Assembly (NCBI RefSeq): GCF_000020385.1 | Contig: NC_010814.1 | Location: 3,510,001-3,542,000 of the forward strand | Direction: 5' to 3' | DNA: 32,000 nt | From: Trichlorobacter lovleyi SZ | GTDB taxonomy: Bacteria > Desulfobacterota > Desulfuromonadia > Geobacterales > Pseudopelobacteraceae | Shown here: positions 16,768 through 24,826 of the stretch, in pieces | Numbering within the stretch: the stretch's first letter is position 1 | How the letters are laid out: each line of letters begins with the position of its first letter | The notes under the pieces: model-generated | Database searches by the model: none | Told to the model about the DNA's origin: nothing | The model's input: the letters and a program-made list of their open reading frames with translations, nothing else | Translations under genes and position numbers: made by a program

Positions 16768-17658
16768 TTAACGCTTGAGGTTAAGTACCTCCTGAGTCAT
16801 TTCATCAGCAGTGGTAATCGTCTTTGAGTTTGCAGAATAGGCCCTTTGGGTCAGAATCATCTTGACCATTTCAGTTGCCATATCAACATTGCTTAACTCG
16901 AGATTGTTTGAAAGGATTTTTTCGTTCGTACCGTTTGATCTCGTTACAATAGGGGTACCTGATCCACCAACAGCGTTGCCGGTTGATTTAAACAGCGTTG
17001 AACCTACTTTTTCAAGCCCCGGCGGGTTTGGTATCCTGGCCGTACCAAGTCCAATCGCCCCGGTTGTCGTTGGAACCGGCACAACACCATTGCCGGCATA
17101 ATACACCTTTGAGCTGTTGCCGTTATTGTCAGCATACAGCAGCTGCAGGCGGCCTTGAGCATCAACTCCTGCTACTTTTTGAAAATCCAATACGTTGCCT
17201 GATGTGTCGGTATAGGTTGACACGAAAACCACTGGCTGCCTGTTTTCATCCAAGGCGACATAGCCGTCCGGGTTGATCAGCGACCGGTTGTTGCTGTCGA
17301 TCCGCAAGGCACCTGCACGACTGTAGTAGGCATCGGTCACGGCGATTGCAGCAGCAGCAGTTGTTCCAGGCACCGCAAAGGAGAAAAATTTATCCCCCTG
17401 AATCGCAAGGTCGGTAACAACCGTTGTACTTTCAAGCGAGCCCTGGGAGAACAGGTTGTCAACCTTCTGGATCTGCACCCCGCGGCCCACCTGCGAGTTA
17501 TTCCCGATAGGCGCGGAAAGCAGATCAGAAAACAGCATCCTCCCGCCTTTGAATCCTATGGTATTCGAGTTGGACAGATTGTTGCCAATCACGTTCAGAC
17601 CTTCGGCATTTGCAAGCAAACCACTTACGCCGGTAAACATCGCTCCTGTTATACTCAT
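16768..17658 (-). CDS. flgE: Flagellar hook protein FlgE (short form, 296 aa)
   Basis: The N-terminus is MSITGAMFTGVSGLLANAEGLNVIGNNLSNSNTIGFKGGR and the C-terminus is LELSNVDMATEMVKMILTQRAYSANSKTITTADEM. It lies after flgD and the TIGR02530-like gene and before fliL. Confidence 0.85.
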   Translation of the reverse strand: MSITGAMFTGVSGLLANAEGLNVIGNNLSNSNTIGFKGGRMLFSDLLSAPIGNNSQVGRGVQIQKVDNLFSQGSLESTTVVTDLAIQGDKFFSFAVPGTTAAAAIAVTDAYYSRAGALRIDSNNRSLINPDGYVALDENRQPVVFVSTYTDTSGNVLDFQKVAGVDAQGRLQLLYADNNGNSSKVYYAGNGVVPVPTTTGAIGLGTARIPNPPGLEKVGSTLFKSTGNAVGGSGTPIVTRSNGTNEKILSNNLELSNVDMATEMVKMILTQRAYSANSKTITTADEMTQEVLNLKR

Positions 17659-17750
17659 GACTTTTTCCTCTCTTGTTAGGTTTGCTCAAGACACCTCAGT
17701 CGGTCGGTATCTTGCGGGCTTCCTCACAGAGGGCCAGCCCGTTTCTTGAT

Positions 17751-18134
17751 TTATAGAATAACTGCTGAATCAATATTGGTAAAAACATTACCTTTCATCT
17801 GATTGCGATCCATGGCTGTCACCACAGTTCGATTTTTTACACTTACCACCAGCGCTGCCTCCCCCACCATAACCAGTGAGTCCTTGCCGCCTTTCTGGGC
17901 CACACTGTTTACCGCCCCTTCCAACTGTTGGAGTTGATCAGCACTGAAGCTGATATTACGGGCCTTAAGACGATCCTGAGCATGCTGGGAGAACCTGACC
18001 CCCTGGGTCTGATCCAGGACCTTTGAAAACGGGGTCTCGCCAACTGTTTGTGCTGCTTGCGGCTTGGCTGGTTGAGCCGGCTTGCCAACCGGCTGTGCCG
18101 GTCTTGGAAAATAGATCTGATCAATCGTGCTCAT
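17751..18134 (-). CDS. Small flagellar operon protein (TIGR02530-like, found between flgD and flgE in fla/che-type operons)
   Basis: 127 aa. The Pro/Gln/Ala-rich N-terminus is followed by VRFSQHAQDRLKARNISFSADQLQQLEGAV...LVVSVKNRTVVTAMD. This pattern and position are as I recall for the family. The ATG and the flgD TGA overlap as ATGA. Confidence 0.55.
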   Translation of the reverse strand: MSTIDQIYFPRPAQPVGKPAQPAKPQAAQTVGETPFSKVLDQTQGVRFSQHAQDRLKARNISFSADQLQQLEGAVNSVAQKGGKDSLVMVGEAALVVSVKNRTVVTAMDRNQMKGNVFTNIDSAVIL

Positions 18135-18802
18135 GCGGATTGAACTCTCATAACATCTGCAAACGGCACCAAAACAGCACCGATGGTGATATATGCCACA
18201 CCATTATCAAACGTGACACCGTCGGCCCGGCCTGTTGTGTAGGTAATGGCCTGCTGTGTCTCGCCTAACGCGTCGGTACCGCTGATCGAAAAGCTATACG
18301 CTCCTGCAGCCAGCACATTTCCCTGGGCATCCTTGCCATCCCACTGATAGGTTGCATCACCAACCTCCTGGGCCCCCAGATCAATCGTGCGTACAACCTG
18401 ACCTGACTCATTTTTAATGGTAAGCGTGGTACCTGTGGTAGCTGATGTTTTTTGATAACTCAGCGTTACCGGGTTGGTACCATCAAAGTTCAAACTATCT
18501 CCCAGCGCAACAATATCCTTACCAATCAGCCCCACGGAACTAAGGGCCAAACTGTTGCTTTGAGCGGTCAACAGATTATTTAATGCCGTTGCCGTATTGT
18601 ATGACTGCTCAACCTGGGTGAGCTGGGAAATTTGAGACAACATATCGTTCGTATCTTGCGGTGCGAGCGGATCCTGATATTGAATCTGCGCGATGAACAG
18701 CTTCAGAAAAGCATCCGTATCCATTCCAAACGTCTGCTTCATAGCATCAGAAGCTGCTGTTGCTGTTGAAGCTGACGTTACTCCACTAACCGTTGTTGAC
18801 AT
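18131..18802 (-). CDS. flgD: Hook capping/scaffold protein FlgD
   Basis: It contains the conserved FLKLFIAQIQYQDPLAPQDTNDMLSQISQLTQVEQ. It has a C-terminal Ig-like region (YQWDGKDAQGNVLAAGAYSF). Confidence 0.9.
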   Translation of the reverse strand: MSTTVSGVTSASTATAASDAMKQTFGMDTDAFLKLFIAQIQYQDPLAPQDTNDMLSQISQLTQVEQSYNTATALNNLLTAQSNSLALSSVGLIGKDIVALGDSLNFDGTNPVTLSYQKTSATTGTTLTIKNESGQVVRTIDLGAQEVGDATYQWDGKDAQGNVLAAGAYSFSISGTDALGETQQAITYTTGRADGVTFDNGVAYITIGAVLVPFADVMRVQSA

Positions 18803-18822
18803 CTCCTGGCTACCTCCTTTCG

Positions 18823-20631
18823 TTAGAATCGCACATCAAGTGTAGATTGATACTGCGCCTCAATATACCGTATCGGAATCTCGGCCGTCTCTCTAAACAG
18901 GTTTCTTTCAACGCCTGTAACTCGCTGAGATTGCTGCTGAAGCGCCACCTGCTGACGCCAGTCACGAGTCTGTTGTGACGCACCGCCTCCCAAACCGGTT
19001 GACACATCAAACGAATCCATCTTGATATTTTGCCGGGCCAGGGTCTCTCTGAGATCATCAGCCTGCTGAAGAAGCGTCTCGCGCACCCCGCGATTCTCAG
19101 CAACGATTTCAATTTTGACGCCCTGTTTGGCATCCATATGCATACTCAACTGAATATCTCCCAAATGTTCCGGAGACAGCCTGAATGTGACACTCTGGTC
19201 TCCGCCCTGCTCACGCCCAGATGGTTTCAGATGGGTCACCACTTGTCGAGCAACCTGATCACTAACAGCTGCTTTTTCGCTGTCAACTGCCGGTGTTTCA
19301 CCTGCATACCCCTGAACAGCCATGAGATTTGGCTGCACTGTCGCTCCAAACTGATGTGCGGTTCCCGGCTCTGACTGCCCATGCTGCATACCGGTTTCAT
19401 CCAGACTGCTTACTGCCAGGCCTGGTATAACAACGTCACTCTCGGTGGTCCGGGACATCAAGATCGCAGGCGTACTACCAGTTTCTCTGGTTTCTCCTGA
19501 CACCTGTAGCGCCTGTTGTCCGGCAGTGGTTTGATTTGTCATCTGCACCGGACGTCCATAAACCAGCCATGCAATTGGGGACTTTGTTGTTTGCTCAGCC
19601 TCTACCCTGGCTTGCGGCTGGACCTCTACCCTGGTTTGCGGCTGGACCTCTACCCTGGTCTGCGGCTGGGCCTCTACCCTGGTCTGCGGCTGGACCTCTA
19701 CCCTGGCTTGCGGCTGGACCTCTACCCTGGTTTGCGGCTGGACCTCTACCCTGGTTTGCGGCTGGACCTCTACCCTGGTCTGCGGCTGGGCCTCTACCCT
19801 GGTCTGCGGCTGGACCTCTACCCTGGCTTGCGGCTGGACCTCTACCCTGGCTTGCGGCTGGACCTCTACCCTGGCTTGCGGCTGGACCTCTACCCTGGCT
19901 TGCGGCTGGACCTCTACCCTGGCTTGCGGCTGGACCTCTACCCTGGCTTGCGGCTGGACCTCTACCCTGGCTTGCGGCTGGACCTCTACCCTGGCTTGCG
20001 GCTGGACCTCTACCCTGGCTTGCGGCTGGACCTCTACCCTGGCTTGCGGCTGGACCTCTACCCTGGCTTGCGGCTGGACCTCTACCCTGGCTTGCGGCTG
20101 GACCTCTACCCTGGCTTGCGGCTGGACCTCTACCCTGGCTTGCGGCTGGACCTCTACCCTGGCTTGCGGCTGGACCTCTACCCTGGCTTGCGGCTGGACC
20201 TCTACCCTGGCTTGCGGCTGGACCTCTACCCTGGCTTGCGGCTGGACCTCTACCCTGGCTTGCGGCTGGACCTCCATCTCAGCAATTACGCCAACCGGCA
20301 TCGTATCTGCCGCCAAAGCGTCAGTACTATTTACAGCAGCTGAGATGTGCGCATCTGGTGTTGCTAACAAGGAGGCCAGCATCTGAAGAATGGCGGGGTC
20401 AAGAGTCATACCATTCTGTTCCTGCCGCTTTAGATCAAAGTCTACCTCAACACTTCCGGCATCCTTTTCCGACAACAGAACATCCTGTTTTTGAGTCTCT
20501 TGCACAACTGACGTGAGGAGTTGATCAAACCCTGAATTTCTGGCTACCAGATCTATCTGGCTTGCCCCTTCCAACTGCATACCGGCTGCCTGTACAGCCG
20601 CCGGCATCATCATAATCTGTCCTGCATCCAT
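18823..20631 (-). CDS. fliK: Hook-length control protein FliK, containing a 224-aa tandem-repeat insert
   Basis: The C-terminal Flg_hook-type domain is VTFRLSPEHLGDIQLSMHMDAKQGVKIEIVAENRGVRETLLQQADDLRETLARQNI. The centre is Gln/Pro-rich. It lies between the YlxF-like gene and flgD. The Shine-Dalgarno is GGAAGGAGG. Confidence 0.85.
   Translation of the reverse strand: MDAGQIMMMPAAVQAAGMQLEGASQIDLVARNSGFDQLLTSVVQETQKQDVLLSEKDAGSVEVDFDLKRQEQNGMTLDPAILQMLASLLATPDAHISAAVNSTDALAADTMPVGVIAEMEVQPQARVEVQPQARVEVQPQARVEVQPQARVEVQPQARVEVQPQARVEVQPQARVEVQPQARVEVQPQARVEVQPQARVEVQPQARVEVQPQARVEVQPQARVEVQPQARVEVQPQARVEVQPQARVEVQPQARVEVQPQARVEVQPQARVEVQPQTRVEAQPQTRVEVQPQTRVEVQPQTRVEVQPQARVEVQPQTRVEAQPQTRVEVQPQTRVEVQPQARVEAEQTTKSPIAWLVYGRPVQMTNQTTAGQQALQVSGETRETGSTPAILMSRTTESDVVIPGLAVSSLDETGMQHGQSEPGTAHQFGATVQPNLMAVQGYAGETPAVDSEKAAVSDQVARQVVTHLKPSGREQGGDQSVTFRLSPEHLGDIQLSMHMDAKQGVKIEIVAENRGVRETLLQQADDLRETLARQNIKMDSFDVSTGLGGGASQQTRDWRQQVALQQQSQRVTGVERNLFRETAEIPIRYIEAQYQSTLDVRF
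19601..20272 (-). repeat. Tandem array of 28 x 24 bp (minus-strand unit GTCCAGCCGCAAGCCAGGGTAGAG = VQPQ[A/T]RVE), in frame within fliK
   Basis: Direct counting shows that units 19817..20272 (19 copies) are nucleotide-identical. Positions 19601..19840 form two 120-bp five-unit super-repeats that differ at one base (C 19611 vs T 19731). The variant units encode QTR and AQPQTR. Confidence 0.97.
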
Positions 20632-20681
20632 TGTCTCACCTCCTTCCTGTTAGAGTTTACGGGCATGCTGCCCTAGCACTC

Positions 20682-20709
20682 TTATCGGCAGAAGGTAAGG
20701 ACTCGTTGA
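20682..20709 (-). promoter_or_regulatory. Candidate sigma-28 (FliA) promoter upstream of fliK
   Basis: The minus strand reads TCAA-N16-GCCGATAA. The -10 element is a perfect 8/8 match to GCCGATAA (20689..20682). The -35 is TCAA rather than TAAA, and the spacer is 16 nt rather than 15. It lies in the 78-nt gap before fliK, about 50 nt upstream of the ATG. Confidence 0.4.
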
Positions 20710-21264
20710 CTACTTTTCGCCGCGCTTTCGCAGGTTCTCGTTTACCCAGCGAATGGTTCGCGGCTGATTAAGGTTGGGCACCAGCTTTGCAACAGTCTTG
20801 GTATCGAGCCGGTCCAGCAGCAGCTTGACCTCGTCCTCTTCCATCTTGTCCAGCAAATCAGCGGACTGAGCCGCCTTCATGGTCTTGAACAGCTTGACCA
20901 TTTTGGTAACCCGTTCACTCTGGGCCTGCTTGCGACGTTCTTCTTCAGCCTTCAACATTTCCTCATAACTCTTTTTTGTCTCTTCCATCGCCTTCAACTG
21001 GGCATCAATCCTGGCTCCCATCTTTTTCAGCTCTTCTTCTTTGGCAGCCAGTGCAGCTTCCTTTTCAGCCAGCTGTTGCCGTCGCGCCTCCTGAATCGCC
21101 CGTTCTTCACGGGCAGCACGGGTAGGCGGAACCGGGTCTCCCTGCGTCCCGGTCTGAGGGGTGCGGATCGGCTCTGTTGTGCCTTGCGATGCAGTGAGGG
21201 CAACAGTTGCAACGGTCCCCAGGCTGCATGCCATAGCTATAATTGATATCCAACGTTTGTTCAC
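20710..21264 (-). CDS. YlxF/MotE-like flagellar protein with a coiled coil and an MgtE-N-like C-terminal helical domain
   Basis: It has a hydrophobic N-terminus (WISIIAMACSLGTVATVALTA), a charged coiled coil (EERAIQEARRQQLAEKEAALAAKEEELKK) and the segment MVKLFKTMKAAQSADLLDKMEEDEVKLLLDRLDTKTVAKL. It occupies the fliJ-fliK slot that ylxF occupies in Bacillus. I re-called the start at GTG 21264 (AGGAG 7 nt upstream). Confidence 0.5.
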   Translation of the reverse strand: MNKRWISIIAMACSLGTVATVALTASQGTTEPIRTPQTGTQGDPVPPTRAAREERAIQEARRQQLAEKEAALAAKEEELKKMGARIDAQLKAMEETKKSYEEMLKAEEERRKQAQSERVTKMVKLFKTMKAAQSADLLDKMEEDEVKLLLDRLDTKTVAKLVPNLNQPRTIRWVNENLRKRGEK

Positions 21265-21268
21265 GGCA

Positions 21269-21712
21269 CTACTCCTGCCCTTTCTTCTGCGTGGCAATTT
21301 CATCCAGCAACAGGCCTTCTTTGTAGGCCTGCTCCTTACGAAACTCTTCTTTCCGTTTTTCTTTCAGGCGCTCCATTACTTTTTTTTCTTTGGTAGCCTG
21401 CACCAGATCCTCACGGCGGTCCTCAAGCACCCGGTCAAGAGTCTCAATCCGCCGTTGCTGTTCTTTCATTTCCTCCCGTTTACGCGCGAAAAAATCAGCA
21501 TAAAGCTGCATTTCATAGATTGAATTGATCTCCTGCTGACGTTGACTGAACTCTTCCGCCAGCTGGGCAGCCTCCGCTTTTTCCTGTTCCAGCTTATCTG
21601 CGGCAGCATCCAGATCCTGCTTGGCCAGGGCGAACTCCTGCTTGCGCAATTTCTCCAGCTCAGCTCTGTAGTTGAGAACCTGTTGTAGCTCAAACTGCTT
21701 TTTTGCCGCCAT
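21269..21712 (-). CDS. fliJ: Flagellar export chaperone/stalk protein FliJ
   Basis: 147-aa highly charged coiled coil (FELQQVLNYRAELEKLRKQEFALAKQDL...). It lies immediately after fliI. Confidence 0.8.
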   Translation of the reverse strand: MAAKKQFELQQVLNYRAELEKLRKQEFALAKQDLDAAADKLEQEKAEAAQLAEEFSQRQQEINSIYEMQLYADFFARKREEMKEQQRRIETLDRVLEDRREDLVQATKEKKVMERLKEKRKEEFRKEQAYKEGLLLDEIATQKKGQE

Positions 21713-21726
21713 CCCCGGCTCCCCTG

Positions 21727-23046
21727 CTAACTCTCAAAAATCCGTTGAAGTCCATCAACGGAGTCAGCCAGGGTTGCCGGATCGGCAACCGCCTGCTTCT
21801 GATAGGCAGTCATGGCATCGATCTTACGGATAGCCTGGTCAATCCCGGGGTTGCTGCCTGCTTTATAGGCTCCAATATTGATAAGGTCTTCAGACTGGCG
21901 GTAGGTTGCCAGAGTCTCTTTAAACTGCCCAGCCAGCTTCCGGTGCCGTTCATCAGCGACATCTGCCATGACCCTGCTCGCACTGGCCATGATGTCAATC
22001 GGCGGATAGATGTTACGGGCCGCCAGATCCCTTGAAAGGACAATATGACCGTCAAGAATACTACGCATGGCATCCGAGATCGGCTCATTAAAGTCGTCCC
22101 CTTCAACCAGCACAGTATAGAGTCCGGTAATACTTCCTTCGGGAAAGTTGCCGGTTCTCTCAAGCAATTTCGGCAGGGCAGCAAAGACGGAGGGGGTGTA
22201 TCCTTTGGTGGTGGGAGGTTCTCCAATTGCAAGACCCACCTCACGCATCGCCATTGCAAAGCGGGTGGCAGAGTCCATCATCATCAATACTTTTTTGCCT
22301 TGATCTTTGAAGTATTCCGCAATGGTGGTGGCCAGATAGGCCCCGCGCATCCTGACCAGCGGCGGTTGGTCAGAGGTCGCTACGACCACTACCGACTTGT
22401 GCAAGCCCTGTTCCTGCAGATCTTTTTCTACGAACTCCCGCAGTTCCCGCCCTCGTTCGCCAATCAGGGCGATCACATTGACATCGGCCTCAGTGTAGCG
22501 CGCAATCATACCCAGGAGGGTTGATTTCCCGACGCCGGAACCGGCCATGATGCCAACCCGCTGTCCCTGGCCACACGTTAAAAGGCCATTGATTGAACGG
22601 ATGCCCAGATCCAGGGGACGCCTGATCGGTGGACGCTTCATGGGATTAACCGGTGCCGCATAAATCGGATATTCCTCATCCAGATGCAGCGGCCCTTTGT
22701 CGTCTATCGGATTCCCCAGTCCGTCGATGACCCGTCCCAGCAACCCAGGCCCCACCCTGAGGGTTGCCTTGTCACGGCGCACCGCGATCAGGCTGTCCAG
22801 CCCCACCCCTCGCAGGTCCCCCAACGGCATTAAAAGGGTCTTGTTGTCGCGAAAACCCACCACCTCGGCGGGAATCGGAACTCCATCCTTGGGACGAATT
22901 TCACATATCGCTCCAACCGAGGTATCCGGACAGTAGCCCTCAATCACCAACCCGACAACCTGGGTTACCTTGCCATGCAAGCGGATCGGGTTAACCGATT
23001 CCACTGCCCGCAGGTACCTGCCCATATCTATTGTCCTGTTCGGCAT
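21727..23046 (-). CDS. fliI: Flagellum-specific ATPase FliI
   Basis: It has a Walker A (GSGVGKST) and a Walker B (KKVLMMMDSATR). It is F1-beta-like throughout and is 439 aa. Confidence 0.97.
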   Translation of the reverse strand: MPNRTIDMGRYLRAVESVNPIRLHGKVTQVVGLVIEGYCPDTSVGAICEIRPKDGVPIPAEVVGFRDNKTLLMPLGDLRGVGLDSLIAVRRDKATLRVGPGLLGRVIDGLGNPIDDKGPLHLDEEYPIYAAPVNPMKRPPIRRPLDLGIRSINGLLTCGQGQRVGIMAGSGVGKSTLLGMIARYTEADVNVIALIGERGRELREFVEKDLQEQGLHKSVVVVATSDQPPLVRMRGAYLATTIAEYFKDQGKKVLMMMDSATRFAMAMREVGLAIGEPPTTKGYTPSVFAALPKLLERTGNFPEGSITGLYTVLVEGDDFNEPISDAMRSILDGHIVLSRDLAARNIYPPIDIMASASRVMADVADERHRKLAGQFKETLATYRQSEDLINIGAYKAGSNPGIDQAIRKIDAMTAYQKQAVADPATLADSVDGLQRIFES

Positions 23047-23055
23047 TATGACGAC

Positions 23056-23829
23056 TTACTCCGCGCCTTGCGCTGCTTCACCCGCTGTACGTTCTTCCAG
23101 CAGGCGCCGGTAGACTTCTTCCAGCTGTGCCTCAAAACTTGCGTCCACCGTCCCTCGTCCTGTTTCAACCAGGCAACAGCCGATCTCCACCGTTGGATCA
23201 GGTTTCAGTACAAAACGGATCGTTGACAGCTCATTTTTCAGAGCGTCACTTTTACTGCTGCTCAGAAGGGCGTGGTCATCCGGATGCACACGGATAACCA
23301 GCTCATCCTGTTCATTAAGGTCCATCAGAGCGGATCTGATCAGACGCAGCACGGTCTGACGATCCTGGGCAACTTCCCGTGCAATCACTTTACGGGCAAC
23401 AGCAAGTGTCAGCGCCAGTAAATCATCTTCTGAATCACGCAACACTTTTTCACGCAATAGTTGCAGGTCTTCAGCTGCGGTGCGCAGTCCCTTGAACACA
23501 TTCAACAGCCCGCGTTCCGCTAGATTTTTACCATCCTGCAGTCCACGTTGGTAACTCTCTTCCTGATAGCGTTGCAGATCATCATCGGTAATGTAGCTAC
23601 CGGGCGGCGGGGGTGGTTCCAGAATCGGTTCTTCCGGCTGAGGCTTTGGTATCAGACTGCTTTTTTCACCCAGTTCTGACGGATCGAAAAGGGCCAAGGG
23701 GGTAAAATCTTCAGATTTTGTTGTAACGCGCGTTGTAGCCGGCACTCCGCCTTTCAGTATGTTCTGAAAGCTGAAACCGCCGATCTGCAGTTCTTCATCT
23801 CCGGCCTTGATAACCTTAGACGAGGACAT
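23056..23829 (-). CDS. fliH: Flagellar export protein FliH (FliI regulator)
   Basis: It has a FliH/YscL-type core (YQRGLQDGKNLAERG...LALTLAVARKVIAREVAQDRQTVLRLIRSAL...LVIRVHPDD). I re-called the start at ATG 23829 (MSSSKVIK), which overlaps the fliG end by 14 nt. The track extension was rejected. Confidence 0.8.
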   Translation of the reverse strand: MSSSKVIKAGDEELQIGGFSFQNILKGGVPATTRVTTKSEDFTPLALFDPSELGEKSSLIPKPQPEEPILEPPPPPGSYITDDDLQRYQEESYQRGLQDGKNLAERGLLNVFKGLRTAAEDLQLLREKVLRDSEDDLLALTLAVARKVIAREVAQDRQTVLRLIRSALMDLNEQDELVIRVHPDDHALLSSSKSDALKNELSTIRFVLKPDPTVEIGCCLVETGRGTVDASFEAQLEEVYRRLLEERTAGEAAQGAE

Positions 23830-24817
23830 CTTCGCTGCCCCGTCCACCAAGCACGATTTTGCCTTCTTCCTCCATCTTGCGTACAATTTTGATGATCTCT
23901 GACTGGGCCTTCTCAACGTCAGAAAGCCGTACCGGTCCCATAACCTCGAGGTCTTCCTTGATCATTTCTGCCGCACGGCTGGAGATGTTTTTGAATATCT
24001 TGTTTTTGACATCATCTGTTGAGGTTTTCATTGCAAGCGTCAACGTATCATTGGAGACCTCACGCATAATGGCCTGAATTGAACGGTCGTCCATGGCAAA
24101 GACGTCTTCAAAGGTAAACAGATGCTTGCGAATAACTTCAGCCAGAGGCGGACTGAGCACGTCCAGTTTTTCAAGAATCTGCTTTTCCTTGCTACGATCA
24201 AAGTGGTTGAACATATCAACAACTTTCTCAACACCACCCACCTTGTAGCGCTGAACTCCACCCATCGATTTGATCTCACGCTTCATAACCTCATCGATTT
24301 CCTGCAGAATCTCCGGCGACACCTGCTCAACATCGGCAATCCGCAGCACAACCTCAGCCTGTAGTTCCTGTGGCAGGGCAGCGATAATCTCACTGGTTTG
24401 TTTTGATTTCAGCTTAGCCAGGATCACGGCAATTGCCTGGGGGTGTTCCTGCGAGAGAAAGTTTGAAATGCTTTTGGGATCCATGGCAGAAAGAATATCC
24501 ACCAGATCGCCATAGCTGGAGGCCTGGAGCTCTTCCATCAGCATCTGGGCCTTGGCCGGTCCCAGCGCCTTTTCCAGAACCTTACGGACAAACTCGTCAC
24601 CCTGGGCAAAGATACCGGACTCTGGTGAGATAACCTCATTGAACTCTTCGACAACCTCACCAATGGTCTGACGGTTCACGTGGCCAAGGCCGGCCATACT
24701 CTTCGAGATCCGCTTGATCTCTTCATCCTCCATATGCTCATACACCTTGGCGGTGACATCTGCCCCAAGATAGAGCAGTAGAATTGCAGCTTTATCAGCA
24801 CCAGTCATGGCGATCAT
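23816..24817 (-). CDS. fliG: Flagellar rotor/switch protein FliG
   Basis: The sequence is MTGADKAAILLLYLGADVTAKVYEHMEDEEIKRIS... It has an EHPQ motif and an LFTFEDV (MFxF-type) hinge. It also has a C-terminal charged torque helix region. It is 333 aa. Confidence 0.95.
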   Translation of the reverse strand: MIAMTGADKAAILLLYLGADVTAKVYEHMEDEEIKRISKSMAGLGHVNRQTIGEVVEEFNEVISPESGIFAQGDEFVRKVLEKALGPAKAQMLMEELQASSYGDLVDILSAMDPKSISNFLSQEHPQAIAVILAKLKSKQTSEIIAALPQELQAEVVLRIADVEQVSPEILQEIDEVMKREIKSMGGVQRYKVGGVEKVVDMFNHFDRSKEKQILEKLDVLSPPLAEVIRKHLFTFEDVFAMDDRSIQAIMREVSNDTLTLAMKTSTDDVKNKIFKNISSRAAEMIKEDLEVMGPVRLSDVEKAQSEIIKIVRKMEEEGKIVLGGRGSEDVLV

Positions 24818-24826
24818 TCCCTCTCA

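Noticed and set aside
19601-20272. CRISPR array or intergenic minisatellite interpretation of the 24-bp repeats
   Set aside because: The repeats are directly abutting with no spacers. There are no cas genes. The array is exactly in frame within a recognisable fliK ORF.
19516-20516. Plus-strand repeat proteins (LYPGLRLD)n and (GPLPWLAA)n
   Set aside because: These are alternative-frame and antisense readings of the fliK 24-bp array. Any 24-bp tandem repeat without stops is open in several frames. The minus-strand frame is the one continuous with the FliK N-terminal region and the conserved C-terminal domain.
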